A stretch of 64,000 bases of DNA from Bacillota bacterium (lineage in GTDB: Bacteria; Bacillota; Negativicutes; Sporomusales; Sporomusaceae). The number at the start of each line of letters is the position of its first letter. Within the stretch, counting starts at the first letter, position 1. Of this stretch, positions 16,871-27,124 are shown in pieces. The translations under genes were made by a program, and so were the position numbers. The notes beneath the pieces are model-generated. The model was not told the origin of the DNA. It saw only the letters and a list, made by a program, of their open reading frames with translations, and searched no databases. The stretch covers positions 3,636 through 67,635 of the forward strand of contig JAGGAB010000010.1 in NCBI GenBank assembly GCA_017889705.1. The letters are read 5' to 3'.

Positions 16871-17153
16871 ACGGTCTTATCGCCCCTTCGCTTTCGCCGA
16901 CTGCTTTATTTTTCGCTCCTTGCTTCACCGTTGTTGGAGTATACTCAATCAACTCCCAAGGACTGCATTCAAGTGCCGTACACAAAGCATCAAGTGTTTG
17001 CCATCGAACGGCTTTAGGTTCTTCTTTAATAAGTTGCATAATGGCAGGGTGTGATAATATTATACCGGCCCTTTGTTCTAGTAGTTCCAGTAATTCTTGG
17101 CCAGTCCATAAACCCTTATCCACCATTACTTGTTTCAATTTCCATTTAAGCAT
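16806..17153 (-). CDS. XRE/Cro-C1-type HTH protein
   Basis: WKLKQVM...TLDALCTALECSPWELI; overlaps both neighbours. Confidence 0.85.
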   Translation of the reverse strand: MLKWKLKQVMVDKGLWTGQELLELLEQRAGIILSHPAIMQLIKEEPKAVRWQTLDALCTALECSPWELIEYTPTTVKQGAKNKAVGESEGAIRPYARKPKGQAKQKQTLYPEEAF

Positions 17154-18285
17154 CTGGTTTCACCTCAAGTAATCGAATTAGATGGCCACTCGTCAAGCTC
17201 TGAAGTTGTTCTTCCATAAACTTTGAACTTGGCCGAAGGTATCTTTGAGTTGTCGCTAACATGCTATGTCCGAGCATATGCCTGATTGGTTCAATTTTTC
17301 TCGGATCACGTTCATATAAGTGTGTTGCAAATGCTCTTCGTAAATCGTGACACGAGAACTGTCGGATAGAAATATCGTTGTTCCTTGCCAGGTTCTGTAG
17401 TGCTAGTAATCTCTGTTTTATACTCGCCAAACTCATCCGTTCTCCTCGTTCAGATAAAAATAGTGCAGGGTCTTGATTCGCACAAGGAAACTGTGATCTG
17501 CAATGTTTTAAATATATTTCTAAGACTTGCGGTAAGCCGTGCAGAACCATTGGTACATACCGCTCTCGTCTTCCTGACCCTTTAGTACCTTTCCCAAAAC
17601 GGACATGGATCGTTCCATAGTTAAAAATAAGATCACCAACATCAAGCATACGGCATTCGTTCATTCGAATCCCTGTTCCATATATCAATCGAAAGAGAGC
17701 ATAATCACGTTGGTAAACTAATGGTTTAGTTGATTCTTCTGCGTACTTACGAATAAAACTAAAAAACGTGCGTAGCTCTTCTATCGTCGGAATAACGCGG
17801 TCTGTTGGTAGGTCATCACTGACATGAGTTGGCTTAAACCAGGAATCTACAGGCTGTATCAGCTTTACTCCGTATTTCCAATCAATTCTCTCAACCGATT
17901 TCCCAGCATTCATTTCTAGTACTGTTTGAGGAATTTCAGGATGATTTAGTAAAAACTCGTAGAAATTATTAATAATATTTATGTAACCTCTTATTGTTGA
18001 AATTGCAAGGCCTCTATCAATTAAAGCTTGGTGGTACTCATTAACATCTGGAATCCGAATTTCCCACCAAAACTTGCGTACTGCAGTAGCAAAACCATTA
18101 AGAACTCGTAAAGCATTATATATTGTGTTTTGAGTATGATTTCTTAGAGTTCGTGATTGAATATAATGCAGCAGCACCTTTTCGTGATCATACTTTTTTT
18201 CTTCATCCTGTCTACAATCGACAGAATTAATTTCAAAGCTGTCGTTAATTAGTAACTTGAGACCCGAATTCTTCAATTCACTCAC
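17146..18285 (-). CDS. Tyrosine recombinase/integrase, catalytic residues intact
   Basis: GTGIRMNE (R), FGKG (K), HDLRR (HxxR), LGHS (H), TQRY (Y). Confidence 0.93.
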   Translation of the reverse strand: MSELKNSGLKLLINDSFEINSVDCRQDEEKKYDHEKVLLHYIQSRTLRNHTQNTIYNALRVLNGFATAVRKFWWEIRIPDVNEYHQALIDRGLAISTIRGYINIINNFYEFLLNHPEIPQTVLEMNAGKSVERIDWKYGVKLIQPVDSWFKPTHVSDDLPTDRVIPTIEELRTFFSFIRKYAEESTKPLVYQRDYALFRLIYGTGIRMNECRMLDVGDLIFNYGTIHVRFGKGTKGSGRRERYVPMVLHGLPQVLEIYLKHCRSQFPCANQDPALFLSERGERMSLASIKQRLLALQNLARNNDISIRQFSCHDLRRAFATHLYERDPRKIEPIRHMLGHSMLATTQRYLRPSSKFMEEQLQSLTSGHLIRLLEVKPDA

Positions 18286-18797
18286 CCCAAATACAAGTTT
18301 TTATTACATTATATAATCAAAACTTTCATTATGCAACCTTTTCCAAAAAAAATACGACCTACTCCATAATTTGGAATAAGTCACTAACATTAGCTCATTC
18401 CGGTAAACAATAAGAAGAGGGTCATTCTAAAAATCCATAGGCTGTCTTTAAACTGTAACTGTAATTAACTCGCTATTTTTTCTGTTGCTTTTTTTTTATA
18501 GAATAGCTGTTATACGACGTGCTATTAAAATTTAAAAGGCTATGAAATCTATAATGATAAAAACTGATTAATTTAATACCTTCTATGTACTTCTAAGCCA
18601 TTTTTTATAATTATGGTAAAAACCGACTTTATTAGAGGCGTTTTAAGACTTGTTTATTTTGTTCCTTGATAGAAACCCTTAGGATAATATTAAGTTGCTT
18701 ATAGGGCTTGTAGTACGGCTTAGTTTCAATTATTAATTTTATTGCATTCTTATAACATAAATTATAGTAATATAGCCCACTTTCCCAGATCGTCTCT

Positions 18798-20270
18798 TTA
18801 TTTTTGCTGATATATGGGGAAAAATATAGTAAATAATGTCCCTTTTCCGATTTCTGAATCAACGGTAATCCGTCCTTGATGATGATCAACAATACTTTGA
18901 CAAATTAAAAGGCCTAATCCTGTTCCTGTATCTTTAGTTGTATAGAAGGGTTCAAAGATTTGTTCTATTAATTCAACAGGAATTCCATTCCCTATATCTT
19001 TAACTTTTAACATAACATAATCATAGTCATAATCTGTTTCGATAGTAAGAATTCCGTTTTTCTCCATAGCCTCTAAGGCATTTCGAACTAAATTAAGGAT
19101 TAACTGATGAATTTCCTTACGGGAAACAAATATTAGCGGTAATTGTTCGTTGGTTTTGATTTCCAAACAAATGTCTTTCTTTATACAATCCGAGTAAATA
19201 ATAGACTCGATTCGACCAAGCAAATTGTTAAGATTTTGAGGAGACTTTTCTACATATCGATTTTTCGCCAATGACAAAAATTCGCCGATTATCTCATTTG
19301 CATGTGTTAGTTCTTCAAGGGCAATATCTATATATCCCGAGACTTTAGTATCACTTTTTATTTTCGCCAACTGTAAAAATCCCAGAACAGATGTCATTGG
19401 ATTGCGAATCTCATGAGCTACACTGGCTGCCATTTCACCAACAATATTGAAACGGTTAACTTTCTCCAAATTATGAAATATTTTTTCACGTTCCTGATAT
19501 GCCTTTTCAAGTTTTTCATTTTGCTCTTCAATAGTATTTATCAGAGGAATAAGCTCATCTGGGTGACCGCTATTTTCCAGTTTCCTGTTATCTTTTTTGA
19601 TCTCAGAAATTAAAATATTTATTGCGTTTGTCAAACTCTGAAATACCCATCTAACTAACAGAGTGACAATAATCCATACAAGGAAAAAAATTGTAGATAG
19701 TTTAATAACCAAGTGGTTAATGGCAAGTTCAAGATCCTCTAATTTAGTACTTGTCCAAACAATTCCATTCACTCTTCCCTGAGTCATTATTGGATATTGA
19801 ATAACAACAACACGATTATTTTCGAATATAAACGGTAATTTTGTTTCTATGCGTTTTATTTCTGCCGTTTCGTATATTTCAAAAAACTGGGAATCAAAGT
19901 CTATTTGTTGCAACTTATCAGCATCCCCTCCCGAGATAGCTATATTTCTCTGTAGATCGCGTGCGAAAATCCCCATCGTAAGATGGGGATAGATTGCTTG
20001 CACCGTATCTACAAAGGGTTGATATTTAGAATTTAGAATCATTACTTGTTCATTTTTACTAACTACTTTATCAGGCGAAGCATCTATTGCAAATGTATTA
20101 TTGTCAAAACTTCTTTCCAAAAATGTAGCGGCATCTTCCAGGACATCTTCCAACTGATGTCTTAAAACTGCTTTTTCCAAATGTATAATTCGATAGCCAC
20201 CAAATAAGGTTAGGATTGTTATGGTAATGGTTATTAGAAGATAAAATTTAAAAATGATTGATTTTGACAT
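18798..20270 (-). CDS. Membrane sensor histidine kinase (orphan)
   Basis: Two TM helices; AHEIRNPM H-box, NLVRNALEA, DIGNGI, GTGLGL. Confidence 0.92.
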   Translation of the reverse strand: MSKSIIFKFYLLITITITILTLFGGYRIIHLEKAVLRHQLEDVLEDAATFLERSFDNNTFAIDASPDKVVSKNEQVMILNSKYQPFVDTVQAIYPHLTMGIFARDLQRNIAISGGDADKLQQIDFDSQFFEIYETAEIKRIETKLPFIFENNRVVVIQYPIMTQGRVNGIVWTSTKLEDLELAINHLVIKLSTIFFLVWIIVTLLVRWVFQSLTNAINILISEIKKDNRKLENSGHPDELIPLINTIEEQNEKLEKAYQEREKIFHNLEKVNRFNIVGEMAASVAHEIRNPMTSVLGFLQLAKIKSDTKVSGYIDIALEELTHANEIIGEFLSLAKNRYVEKSPQNLNNLLGRIESIIYSDCIKKDICLEIKTNEQLPLIFVSRKEIHQLILNLVRNALEAMEKNGILTIETDYDYDYVMLKVKDIGNGIPVELIEQIFEPFYTTKDTGTGLGLLICQSIVDHHQGRITVDSEIGKGTLFTIFFPIYQQK

Positions 20271-20406
20271 ATAGTTACACCCGTACCTACAATTTTTGAA
20301 GAATACACTTTAATTATTACTATAGTAATATAGATTAATAGAGAAAATTGTAGAAATATGCAATATCATTGTAGTAAAAGCAGTAATATTATGAAACTAG
20401 TGCCAT

Positions 20407-21420
20407 TTAGAAAGTAATTTCCAGTTTTTCAAGAACATGTTCAATCTTATTGAATATCGTCGCTTGTTCTGAGCCTGCAAATAACAGTCCCACAGCATAA
20501 TTATCTTCGGTCAGAATCAATGATCCGCTGTCACCAGGCATACCCATAGGACCGGCTAACACCTGATCGGTAAATATGGCATAGCCTTGATCACTCATAC
20601 TGACTTTAAAGGTTACCTTTGTTGCAATTATTGTGCTATAAGTTACTCCAGTAGTACGTCCGCTCTTTTTTATAGGCAACCCTAAGGTTGCTTCTTTTAC
20701 ACCAGATACCAAGCCAAATTCTAAAATCTCGGAACTAATATCACTTGTATTTTTCGGCACAGCTACTGCACAATCTACTAAATTAAGTTTTTCCGTTTCT
20801 CTTACTACTCGTATTTGGTAATGAGGATACAAATAATGAATGCATTTATTAAAAAGTACTTCAAAAGCTTTAGCAATCTTACAGCGTGATGATTCTATCT
20901 CATGATGTATCGGTATGAATTTCCAAAGATGAGCAAGCGTGTTATTTTCTATGTTTCCCCCATCATAAATTCCCGGTTGAATAATTGGATCGCCAATACT
21001 GGCTCGATCATCAAGACCGTTGCTTATATTTGCTAATACATGGTTATTAGATAATAACAGCAGTTTTCCGGTTTTCTTATCTTTTACAACTCCGCCAAAT
21101 GTACCTGCAGAAATTTTGTAATGTCCGAGACTCATTCCGGGGTGTGCCGGCCGTTTAAAGCTCATTCGTTCATTTAACAGTCGAATATTGCCAACTTCTA
21201 TTACATCGGTGGGAAGTGCATTGATTGCACGTGGAATGATGGTATTACGCCTTAGTTTAGACTCATGATATTTCTTTTTTACAAGTATTGTTAACACTTC
21301 TTCGCCGGTATTTTTACCACGAACATATTTATGTCCTTGTCCTGCTCCAACTATATTATTTTCAGGTTGGTCGTTTGCCAACAATCCCCGAAATATTTCA
21401 AATATATCTAGATTATCCAA
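20407..21420 (-). CDS. Trypsin-like serine protease (Nal1-like)
   Basis: Triad LSNNHVL, VDCAV, PGDSGS. Confidence 0.8.
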   Translation of the reverse strand: MDNLDIFEIFRGLLANDQPENNIVGAGQGHKYVRGKNTGEEVLTILVKKKYHESKLRRNTIIPRAINALPTDVIEVGNIRLLNERMSFKRPAHPGMSLGHYKISAGTFGGVVKDKKTGKLLLLSNNHVLANISNGLDDRASIGDPIIQPGIYDGGNIENNTLAHLWKFIPIHHEIESSRCKIAKAFEVLFNKCIHYLYPHYQIRVVRETEKLNLVDCAVAVPKNTSDISSEILEFGLVSGVKEATLGLPIKKSGRTTGVTYSTIIATKVTFKVSMSDQGYAIFTDQVLAGPMGMPGDSGSLILTEDNYAVGLLFAGSEQATIFNKIEHVLEKLEITF

Positions 21421-21502
21421 AGTTGTCCCTGCCCCCTGTTTTTGTTCACTATGTTAATTTATAGTATGCAAAAACACCTAAATAGGAACGCGGATAGATT
21501 GA

Positions 21503-22429
21503 CTATAATAATTGTCTAATTTCATCAATTTTTTCAACGGCTGCTTGATAACCGCGTTTTATAAATTCATTAGCCTGATTTAAGTCTTTATGATTTAGAT
21601 CAGCTACTTGCGGTCTTATAATGATATCTGCATATTGTTCAGATTTCATTAAGGTAACTTCACGCCCCATAATTTCAATACATTGCATTAATATTTCCCC
21701 AACAGAATTGATCTCATAATTTGGCTGACCAGTATAACCTAGATCAACGGCAATTATTTTTTGAGCACCCATGTAGTCTAAAATATCGGTAGGTAAGTTA
21801 TTTTTCACCGCCCCATCAACTAAGGTCATTCCCCGGTATTTTTTCGGAAAAAAAACTCCGGGTATAGAGATACTGGCTCTAACGGCCTCATACAATAACG
21901 CATTATGATAATAGCGTGCATTAAGAATGCCTCTGCCCTGAGGCAAGGGCGATGTAAAAAATACCGTATCAGCCGTATTTAAATCTACTGCGGTTATTGC
22001 CAGCGGTATTTTGGTATCTCGAACCGATCTGTGTTGAAAAAACTTGGTTAGCGTGGCTTCAATTTTTTCGCCTTTAATTAATCCTGATGGTATCACTGAC
22101 CAAAACCGAAATTTCCCGCTTAACATCCATTTAAATCCATGTTTGAATAAATCTGAAGTAGTTACTTTCAAATCTATTAGGTCAGGAATTTGGATACTAT
22201 GAATAATAGATTGCATCTGTTGCGGTGAATAGCCGCAAGCATACATAGTTGCTACTATTGCCCCGGCACTGGTTCCTGAGATATAGTCAATCGGTATATT
22301 ATATTCAGCAAAAGCTTTTAACACACCAATATGAGATGTTCCTCTTAGTCCGCCTCCGCTTAATGCAACACCTACCGTATGCTGTATATCACGTGGACGC
22401 TTGTTAATTGTTACGAGCATGTCATTCAC
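21503..22429 (-). CDS. Patatin-like phospholipase
   Basis: LSGGGLRG, GTSAG, DGA. Confidence 0.92.
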   Translation of the reverse strand: MNDMLVTINKRPRDIQHTVGVALSGGGLRGTSHIGVLKAFAEYNIPIDYISGTSAGAIVATMYACGYSPQQMQSIIHSIQIPDLIDLKVTTSDLFKHGFKWMLSGKFRFWSVIPSGLIKGEKIEATLTKFFQHRSVRDTKIPLAITAVDLNTADTVFFTSPLPQGRGILNARYYHNALLYEAVRASISIPGVFFPKKYRGMTLVDGAVKNNLPTDILDYMGAQKIIAVDLGYTGQPNYEINSVGEILMQCIEIMGREVTLMKSEQYADIIIRPQVADLNHKDLNQANEFIKRGYQAAVEKIDEIRQLL

Positions 22430-22525
22430 CTCACATTCTGCCTCTCATATTATGTTATGAAAGCAGTGTAAGCGATGACAAAAATAAAACTATCAGCGAC
22501 TTGGAAAGTCACTGATAATTTTATT

Positions 22526-23254
22526 TTAATTATTTTTTTTTGCAAGAATAATCATACGCGGTGTCTCCGAGCTATAGGATCGCCCATCAAAACCTCCATA
22601 TGTTTCGATGATTGATAATCCACTATTATTAAATATATTGGCCATTTCAGCTAATGAGTATGCTCTTAAGACAAAATCATACTGGGTCTTTATACCTGTA
22701 ACCTGATTAATTAACTGTCGCTTCATAGTCGCAATACCATTTTTTAGTTCTACTTTATAAGAAAGAACACATTCACCACTTGGATCTCGCCAGTAGCGAT
22801 TTAAGTTATTACTGACCATCCAATCTCGGTTCAATAAATCAATTAAAAAGAGGCCGTTTGGCTGCAATGCTTTCGCAACAAGTTTAATGATGTTGGCATT
22901 GTCTTCATCATTAAAATAGCCAAATGCAGCAAACATATTGATAACAGCAGAAAATTCACCGTCATAATCAAGTTCCCGCATATCTTTTTTGGTAAAGTCA
23001 ATTCTAACATTAGCTTTTTGGGCTTTTTGGACAGCAATATCTAAAAAATCTTGCGTGGCATCTATACCTGTTATATTATATCCTTGTTTCGCAAGCTCTA
23101 TTGCATGCCGGCCATAGCCACAATATAAATCTAAGATAGATTCACCGGGTGTTAGGTTTAACACCTGAGTAATAAAGCGTACCTCCTGATCTGTGCCAGC
23201 TAAAGAATATGTTTTATAATCACCTAATGTTTCATGAGTCACATTTGACACCAC
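22526..23254 (-). CDS. Class I SAM-dependent methyltransferase
   Basis: ILDLYCGYGRH, DMREL, FGYF. Confidence 0.9.
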   Translation of the reverse strand: MVSNVTHETLGDYKTYSLAGTDQEVRFITQVLNLTPGESILDLYCGYGRHAIELAKQGYNITGIDATQDFLDIAVQKAQKANVRIDFTKKDMRELDYDGEFSAVINMFAAFGYFNDEDNANIIKLVAKALQPNGLFLIDLLNRDWMVSNNLNRYWRDPSGECVLSYKVELKNGIATMKRQLINQVTGIKTQYDFVLRAYSLAEMANIFNNSGLSIIETYGGFDGRSYSSETPRMIILAKKNN

Positions 23255-23275
23255 CAGTAAATACTTTTATACCAA

Positions 23276-24733
23276 TTAATTTGAGTTATATAAACAACTC
23301 AAGTTTCTACTTGAACCTTTTGCACTATATAATGCAGCATCAGCAGCAGCCATAAGTTCAAGTTCCGAGTCAGCATTGTCCGGATACCCAGCTATACCAA
23401 TACTAACTGTTAATGCAGTACTAATGTTAGTATTAAGAGTTTGAAATGGATATTCAGCAATAGCCTTCCTTATTCGTTCAGCAATTATGTAAGCTTGTAA
23501 TATAATCGTTTCCGGAAGTAACACAATAAATTCTTCTCCTCCGTACCGAAATACACGGTCTGTGACACGGCAAAACTGACGAATAAGGCTTGCGACAATC
23601 TTTAGTGCATTATCACCATCCAAATGCCCGTTGGTGTCATTATACTGTTTAAAATGGTCAATATCAATCAATAATAACGAAAGCGGACGTTTATAACGAA
23701 CAGCCCGTTTAAATTCTTGCGCAAGGGTGTTTTGAAAATGACGGTAGTTGTATAAGTTCGTCAACCCGTCTGTTGCTGCTTCAATATAAGCTTTGGCAAC
23801 ATGGCTTGCATGTGATATAGTCATTGCAATCTGGCTGGCTAATGAACGCAACAAATCCAAATCATATTCTTTCAGCGCTTGCTCTTCGGATGTCTCAACA
23901 TCAAGCACTCCTATGACCTGGTCATTTACAATGAGCGGTATAGCAACTTCACTAAACCCATTTCCTGTCCCCGGAATGTATCTTGGTTCAAGATTTATAT
24001 CAGGAACATAGACTAATTCCCTGTGTAATGCTGCATAACCGGTGACCCCTTGTCCTAAAGGGATACGCATATCGGCTTTATATCCTCTCTGCGCTTTGCT
24101 GGTTAGCACTTTGCTGGCAGGATCCAACAAAAAAATAGCAGCATTAACAAATCCCAACTCGCGAGTTATACCATCCAATATTTCATTCAATACTTCTTTT
24201 TCATCTACTGTTTTTTGAACAATTGCCGTAATTTTATAGAGTGCAGATAGTTTTTTATGCGCAAGTTCAAAATCCATTAGCTGAAAGTCAAGTTTGGCCA
24301 TTGCAATGGCCAATTCTTGATTTAATGATTCGTACTGATTTGTAATATTGCCAAACTCTTCATTAATAAGTGCACTCTCAGTAACGTTATCAAAATACAC
24401 TATTGTATTTTGTTCAGGGGTTGAAGAAAACGTGCAATTATAATACTCTATTAAATTCCGTTTTGAGCAATGTTTTAATTGAGAAAGGGTTGCCTCCTGC
24501 TGCAAAGATTGGCAGACTCTTAATTTCTCTAAAATTAATTCACTATTTTCTTTGTCAAAAATAAAGCGTACGAATTTAGAAATATTCTGACCAATAAACC
24601 GAGATAATGATTTTTGTGAACGGCCTGTTATAAAAATATGCGAGATATTACCATCCGGATTTACAGTTGTAAGTACCGACGACTTCGCACCAATAACAGA
24701 GTTTAACATTTTTTCATGTATATTACTGTTCAA
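23276..24733 (-). CDS. GAF-domain diguanylate cyclase
   Basis: GAF (GVTGYAA, SEVAIPL), DIDHFK, RYGGEEF. Confidence 0.92.
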   Translation of the reverse strand: MNSNIHEKMLNSVIGAKSSVLTTVNPDGNISHIFITGRSQKSLSRFIGQNISKFVRFIFDKENSELILEKLRVCQSLQQEATLSQLKHCSKRNLIEYYNCTFSSTPEQNTIVYFDNVTESALINEEFGNITNQYESLNQELAIAMAKLDFQLMDFELAHKKLSALYKITAIVQKTVDEKEVLNEILDGITRELGFVNAAIFLLDPASKVLTSKAQRGYKADMRIPLGQGVTGYAALHRELVYVPDINLEPRYIPGTGNGFSEVAIPLIVNDQVIGVLDVETSEEQALKEYDLDLLRSLASQIAMTISHASHVAKAYIEAATDGLTNLYNYRHFQNTLAQEFKRAVRYKRPLSLLLIDIDHFKQYNDTNGHLDGDNALKIVASLIRQFCRVTDRVFRYGGEEFIVLLPETIILQAYIIAERIRKAIAEYPFQTLNTNISTALTVSIGIAGYPDNADSELELMAAADAALYSAKGSSRNLSCLYNSN

Positions 24734-24873
24734 ATCTTATCATCTCACTACATTGTTAAAATACTATTAAAGAAAATTCGCTATCTATGCTGAAAATCCT
24801 TCCAGCTTGGCAACCTAAATCACCCCCCACATCGTATTTTATAACACGGCATGGGGGGTGATTCTTAAAAATA

Positions 24874-25446
24874 TTATTTTACAATATGCACGGTCTCGCC
24901 AGTATTAACTTTAGCAGCATTGCCTTCGTCAGTATCAAGATGGCACTCAAGTTTAAAACTATCGCTAACTCTGGCTAACACTTTATCAAAAATAAGGCCG
25001 CGCTCGCCATCAAAAGCAACTTTTACAACATCCTTATCTTTTAAACCGAGTTCTGCGGCATCAGCAGTAGTCATGTGAATATGACGACAGGCTGCAATAA
25101 CACCTTCTTCTATTTTTACCTCACCTTGAGGACCAACTATGGTAAGTCCTGGTGAACCTTTCAAATCTCCTGAATCACGAACAGGCGGCTTAATGCCAAG
25201 TTTCAATGAGTCAGTAAGAGCAATTTCAACTTGGGTTTGTTTGCGCTCAGGCCCTAGAATACGTACTTTTTTGAAAGATCCTTTTTCAGTAACTAAGTCC
25301 ACTTGTTCTTCACAGGCAAATTGGCCTGGTTGAGAAAGATCTTTTTTTACAGTAAGCTGATATCCTTTACCAAAGAGGATATCCAGGTCTTCACGTGATA
25401 CATGCACGTGGCGGGCTGAAATGCCGACAGGTATTGCCTTAGACAT
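24874..25446 (-). CDS. pduL: Phosphate propanoyltransferase (PduL-type phosphotransacylase)
   Basis: SARHVH, LSQPGQFA, RHIHM, HLDTDEGNA. Confidence 0.92.
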   Translation of the reverse strand: MSKAIPVGISARHVHVSREDLDILFGKGYQLTVKKDLSQPGQFACEEQVDLVTEKGSFKKVRILGPERKQTQVEIALTDSLKLGIKPPVRDSGDLKGSPGLTIVGPQGEVKIEEGVIAACRHIHMTTADAAELGLKDKDVVKVAFDGERGLIFDKVLARVSDSFKLECHLDTDEGNAAKVNTGETVHIVK

Positions 25447-25485
25447 AGAAAAATGCACTCCTTTTATTATAATATATTCTTCCTG

Positions 25486-25833
25486 CTATTCGATGATTTC
25501 CGAAAAATATACAACAGTAACCATATCACTGCAAGTTAATGTTTTATCATAAACAGACTGCAAAAAGGCTATCAAATCATCGACGCTGGTAAGATCCGGG
25601 TTTTCGCCTTGCAAATCATCTAACGTTAATTGAGAGATGGGTTTAACCAAAACACGATCAATGGCTGCAGTAAAAATTCTTTTCTTTTGGGAAAAGCGTT
25701 TGCCTACAGTTACCCAGACAATATCGCCTTCTTCATATTTATTGGTCTTATCACCAAGCCGTATTGTGCATATTTTGCGGCGGCAAACCAACTGACTGTG
25801 ATAATTAGACGAGTAGAAATTCAATGCTTTCAT
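25486..25833 (-). CDS. ASCH domain protein
   Basis: K-x-x-TIR motif (RRKICTIRLG), 115 aa. Confidence 0.7.
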   Translation of the reverse strand: MKALNFYSSNYHSQLVCRRKICTIRLGDKTNKYEEGDIVWVTVGKRFSQKKRIFTAAIDRVLVKPISQLTLDDLQGENPDLTSVDDLIAFLQSVYDKTLTCSDMVTVVYFSEIIE

Positions 25834-25852
25834 CCCAAAATCCTCCTATGTA

Positions 25853-27016
25853 CTATAAACTTAGCCAGTTTTTTATTCGGCTTACGGCTTCTGTTAGCCG
25901 ATTTTCAGGCTGAACCAAAGCAATGCGTACATACCCTTCACCACATCTTCCAAAGGCACTGCCAGGTATAACGGCAACTCCCGTGTTCTGCAATAAGGAG
26001 ACAGTAAAATCAAAGGAAGATTGTTTTGTTGGCACCGGAGCCCACACATACATAGAGGCTTTAGGACGCTCTACTTTCCAGCCTAGTTCATTGAAGCCGT
26101 CGACAATAATATCGCGGCGTTTTTGATAGGCAGCAGCTGTTTCTATAACACAATCCTGTGATCCGGTTAACGCAGCTATAGCCGCTTGTTGGATTGGATA
26201 GAAAATCCCATAATCAAAATTAGATTTAAGACGGCCTAACAGCGAAATTACTTTGGCATTACCAACAACATAACCAATTCTACACCCTGCCATATTATAG
26301 GTTTTAGACAGGGAATTAAACTCAATTCCAATATCTTTAGCGCCAGGAATTGATAAAAAACTATCAGGCTGATAACCATCAAATACTAAGTCGCTGTAAG
26401 CAAAGTCATAACAAACCAAAATATTATAACGTTTAGCAAAGGCTACCACTTCTTCTAAAAAACTGCGTGGAGCCGTTGCCGCCAGTGGATTATTGGGATA
26501 ATTTAAAATCATTATTTTTGCTCGTTTTAACACAGCATCATCAATTGCCGTCAAATCAGGCAGATAGTTGTTAGCAGCAGTAAGTGGCATATAGTAGAGC
26601 TCTGCTCCCGCCACTTGCGGCCCTGCGCTAAAAATAGGATAGCCAGGATCTGGTACAAGCACAATATCACCTGGATTAACAAGGCATAAGGCAATATGTG
26701 CCAAGCCCTCTTGCGAACCAATCAGTGAATGAATTTCAGTTTCGGGATCTAAGGCAACGCCAAATTTTCTGTACCATTTGGCAATTGCCGTTAAAAGTTT
26801 GGGGTCGCCCTTAGACAAGGTATACCCGTAATTGAAACAGCAATCAACAGAATTCTTTAATGCTTCCACAATATGCGGCGCCGGTGCCATATCCGGACTG
26901 CCAATACTTAAGGTAATAACATCTTTGCCAGCAGCCACTTCGGCTTTGCGCAAATCGTCCACCTGCGTAAAAATTGCGGAAGTCAATGGTTGCATTCGGT
27001 CGGCTTGTTCAAACAT
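25853..27016 (-). CDS. PLP-dependent aminotransferase class I/II (DapL/MtnE-like)
   Basis: NYPNNP, DFAY, SLSKTYNMAGCRIG. Confidence 0.88.
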   Translation of the reverse strand: MFEQADRMQPLTSAIFTQVDDLRKAEVAAGKDVITLSIGSPDMAPAPHIVEALKNSVDCCFNYGYTLSKGDPKLLTAIAKWYRKFGVALDPETEIHSLIGSQEGLAHIALCLVNPGDIVLVPDPGYPIFSAGPQVAGAELYYMPLTAANNYLPDLTAIDDAVLKRAKIMILNYPNNPLAATAPRSFLEEVVAFAKRYNILVCYDFAYSDLVFDGYQPDSFLSIPGAKDIGIEFNSLSKTYNMAGCRIGYVVGNAKVISLLGRLKSNFDYGIFYPIQQAAIAALTGSQDCVIETAAAYQKRRDIIVDGFNELGWKVERPKASMYVWAPVPTKQSSFDFTVSLLQNTGVAVIPGSAFGRCGEGYVRIALVQPENRLTEAVSRIKNWLSL

Positions 27017-27124
27017 GGGTACCCTCCATTTTGCCATAGATATAATTAAATCAAATATGTGATTAATTTTACTAATTCAAGATTAGTAGGGCAAATCCTG
27101 TTAAAAAACTGGAAAAAGTAATTT

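Larger units (their letters stand above)
12051..18340 (-). mobile_element. AT-rich element with recombinase-HTH-recombinase module and defence-like cargo, adjacent to dif
   Basis: Two tyrosine-recombinase-like ORFs, overlapping genes, low GC, ATAATGTAA motif inverted at both ends; boundaries approximate. Confidence 0.65.

Noticed and set aside
18632-18892. 86-aa minus ORF
   Set aside because: Starts inside the kinase gene in another frame; AT-rich, no RBS
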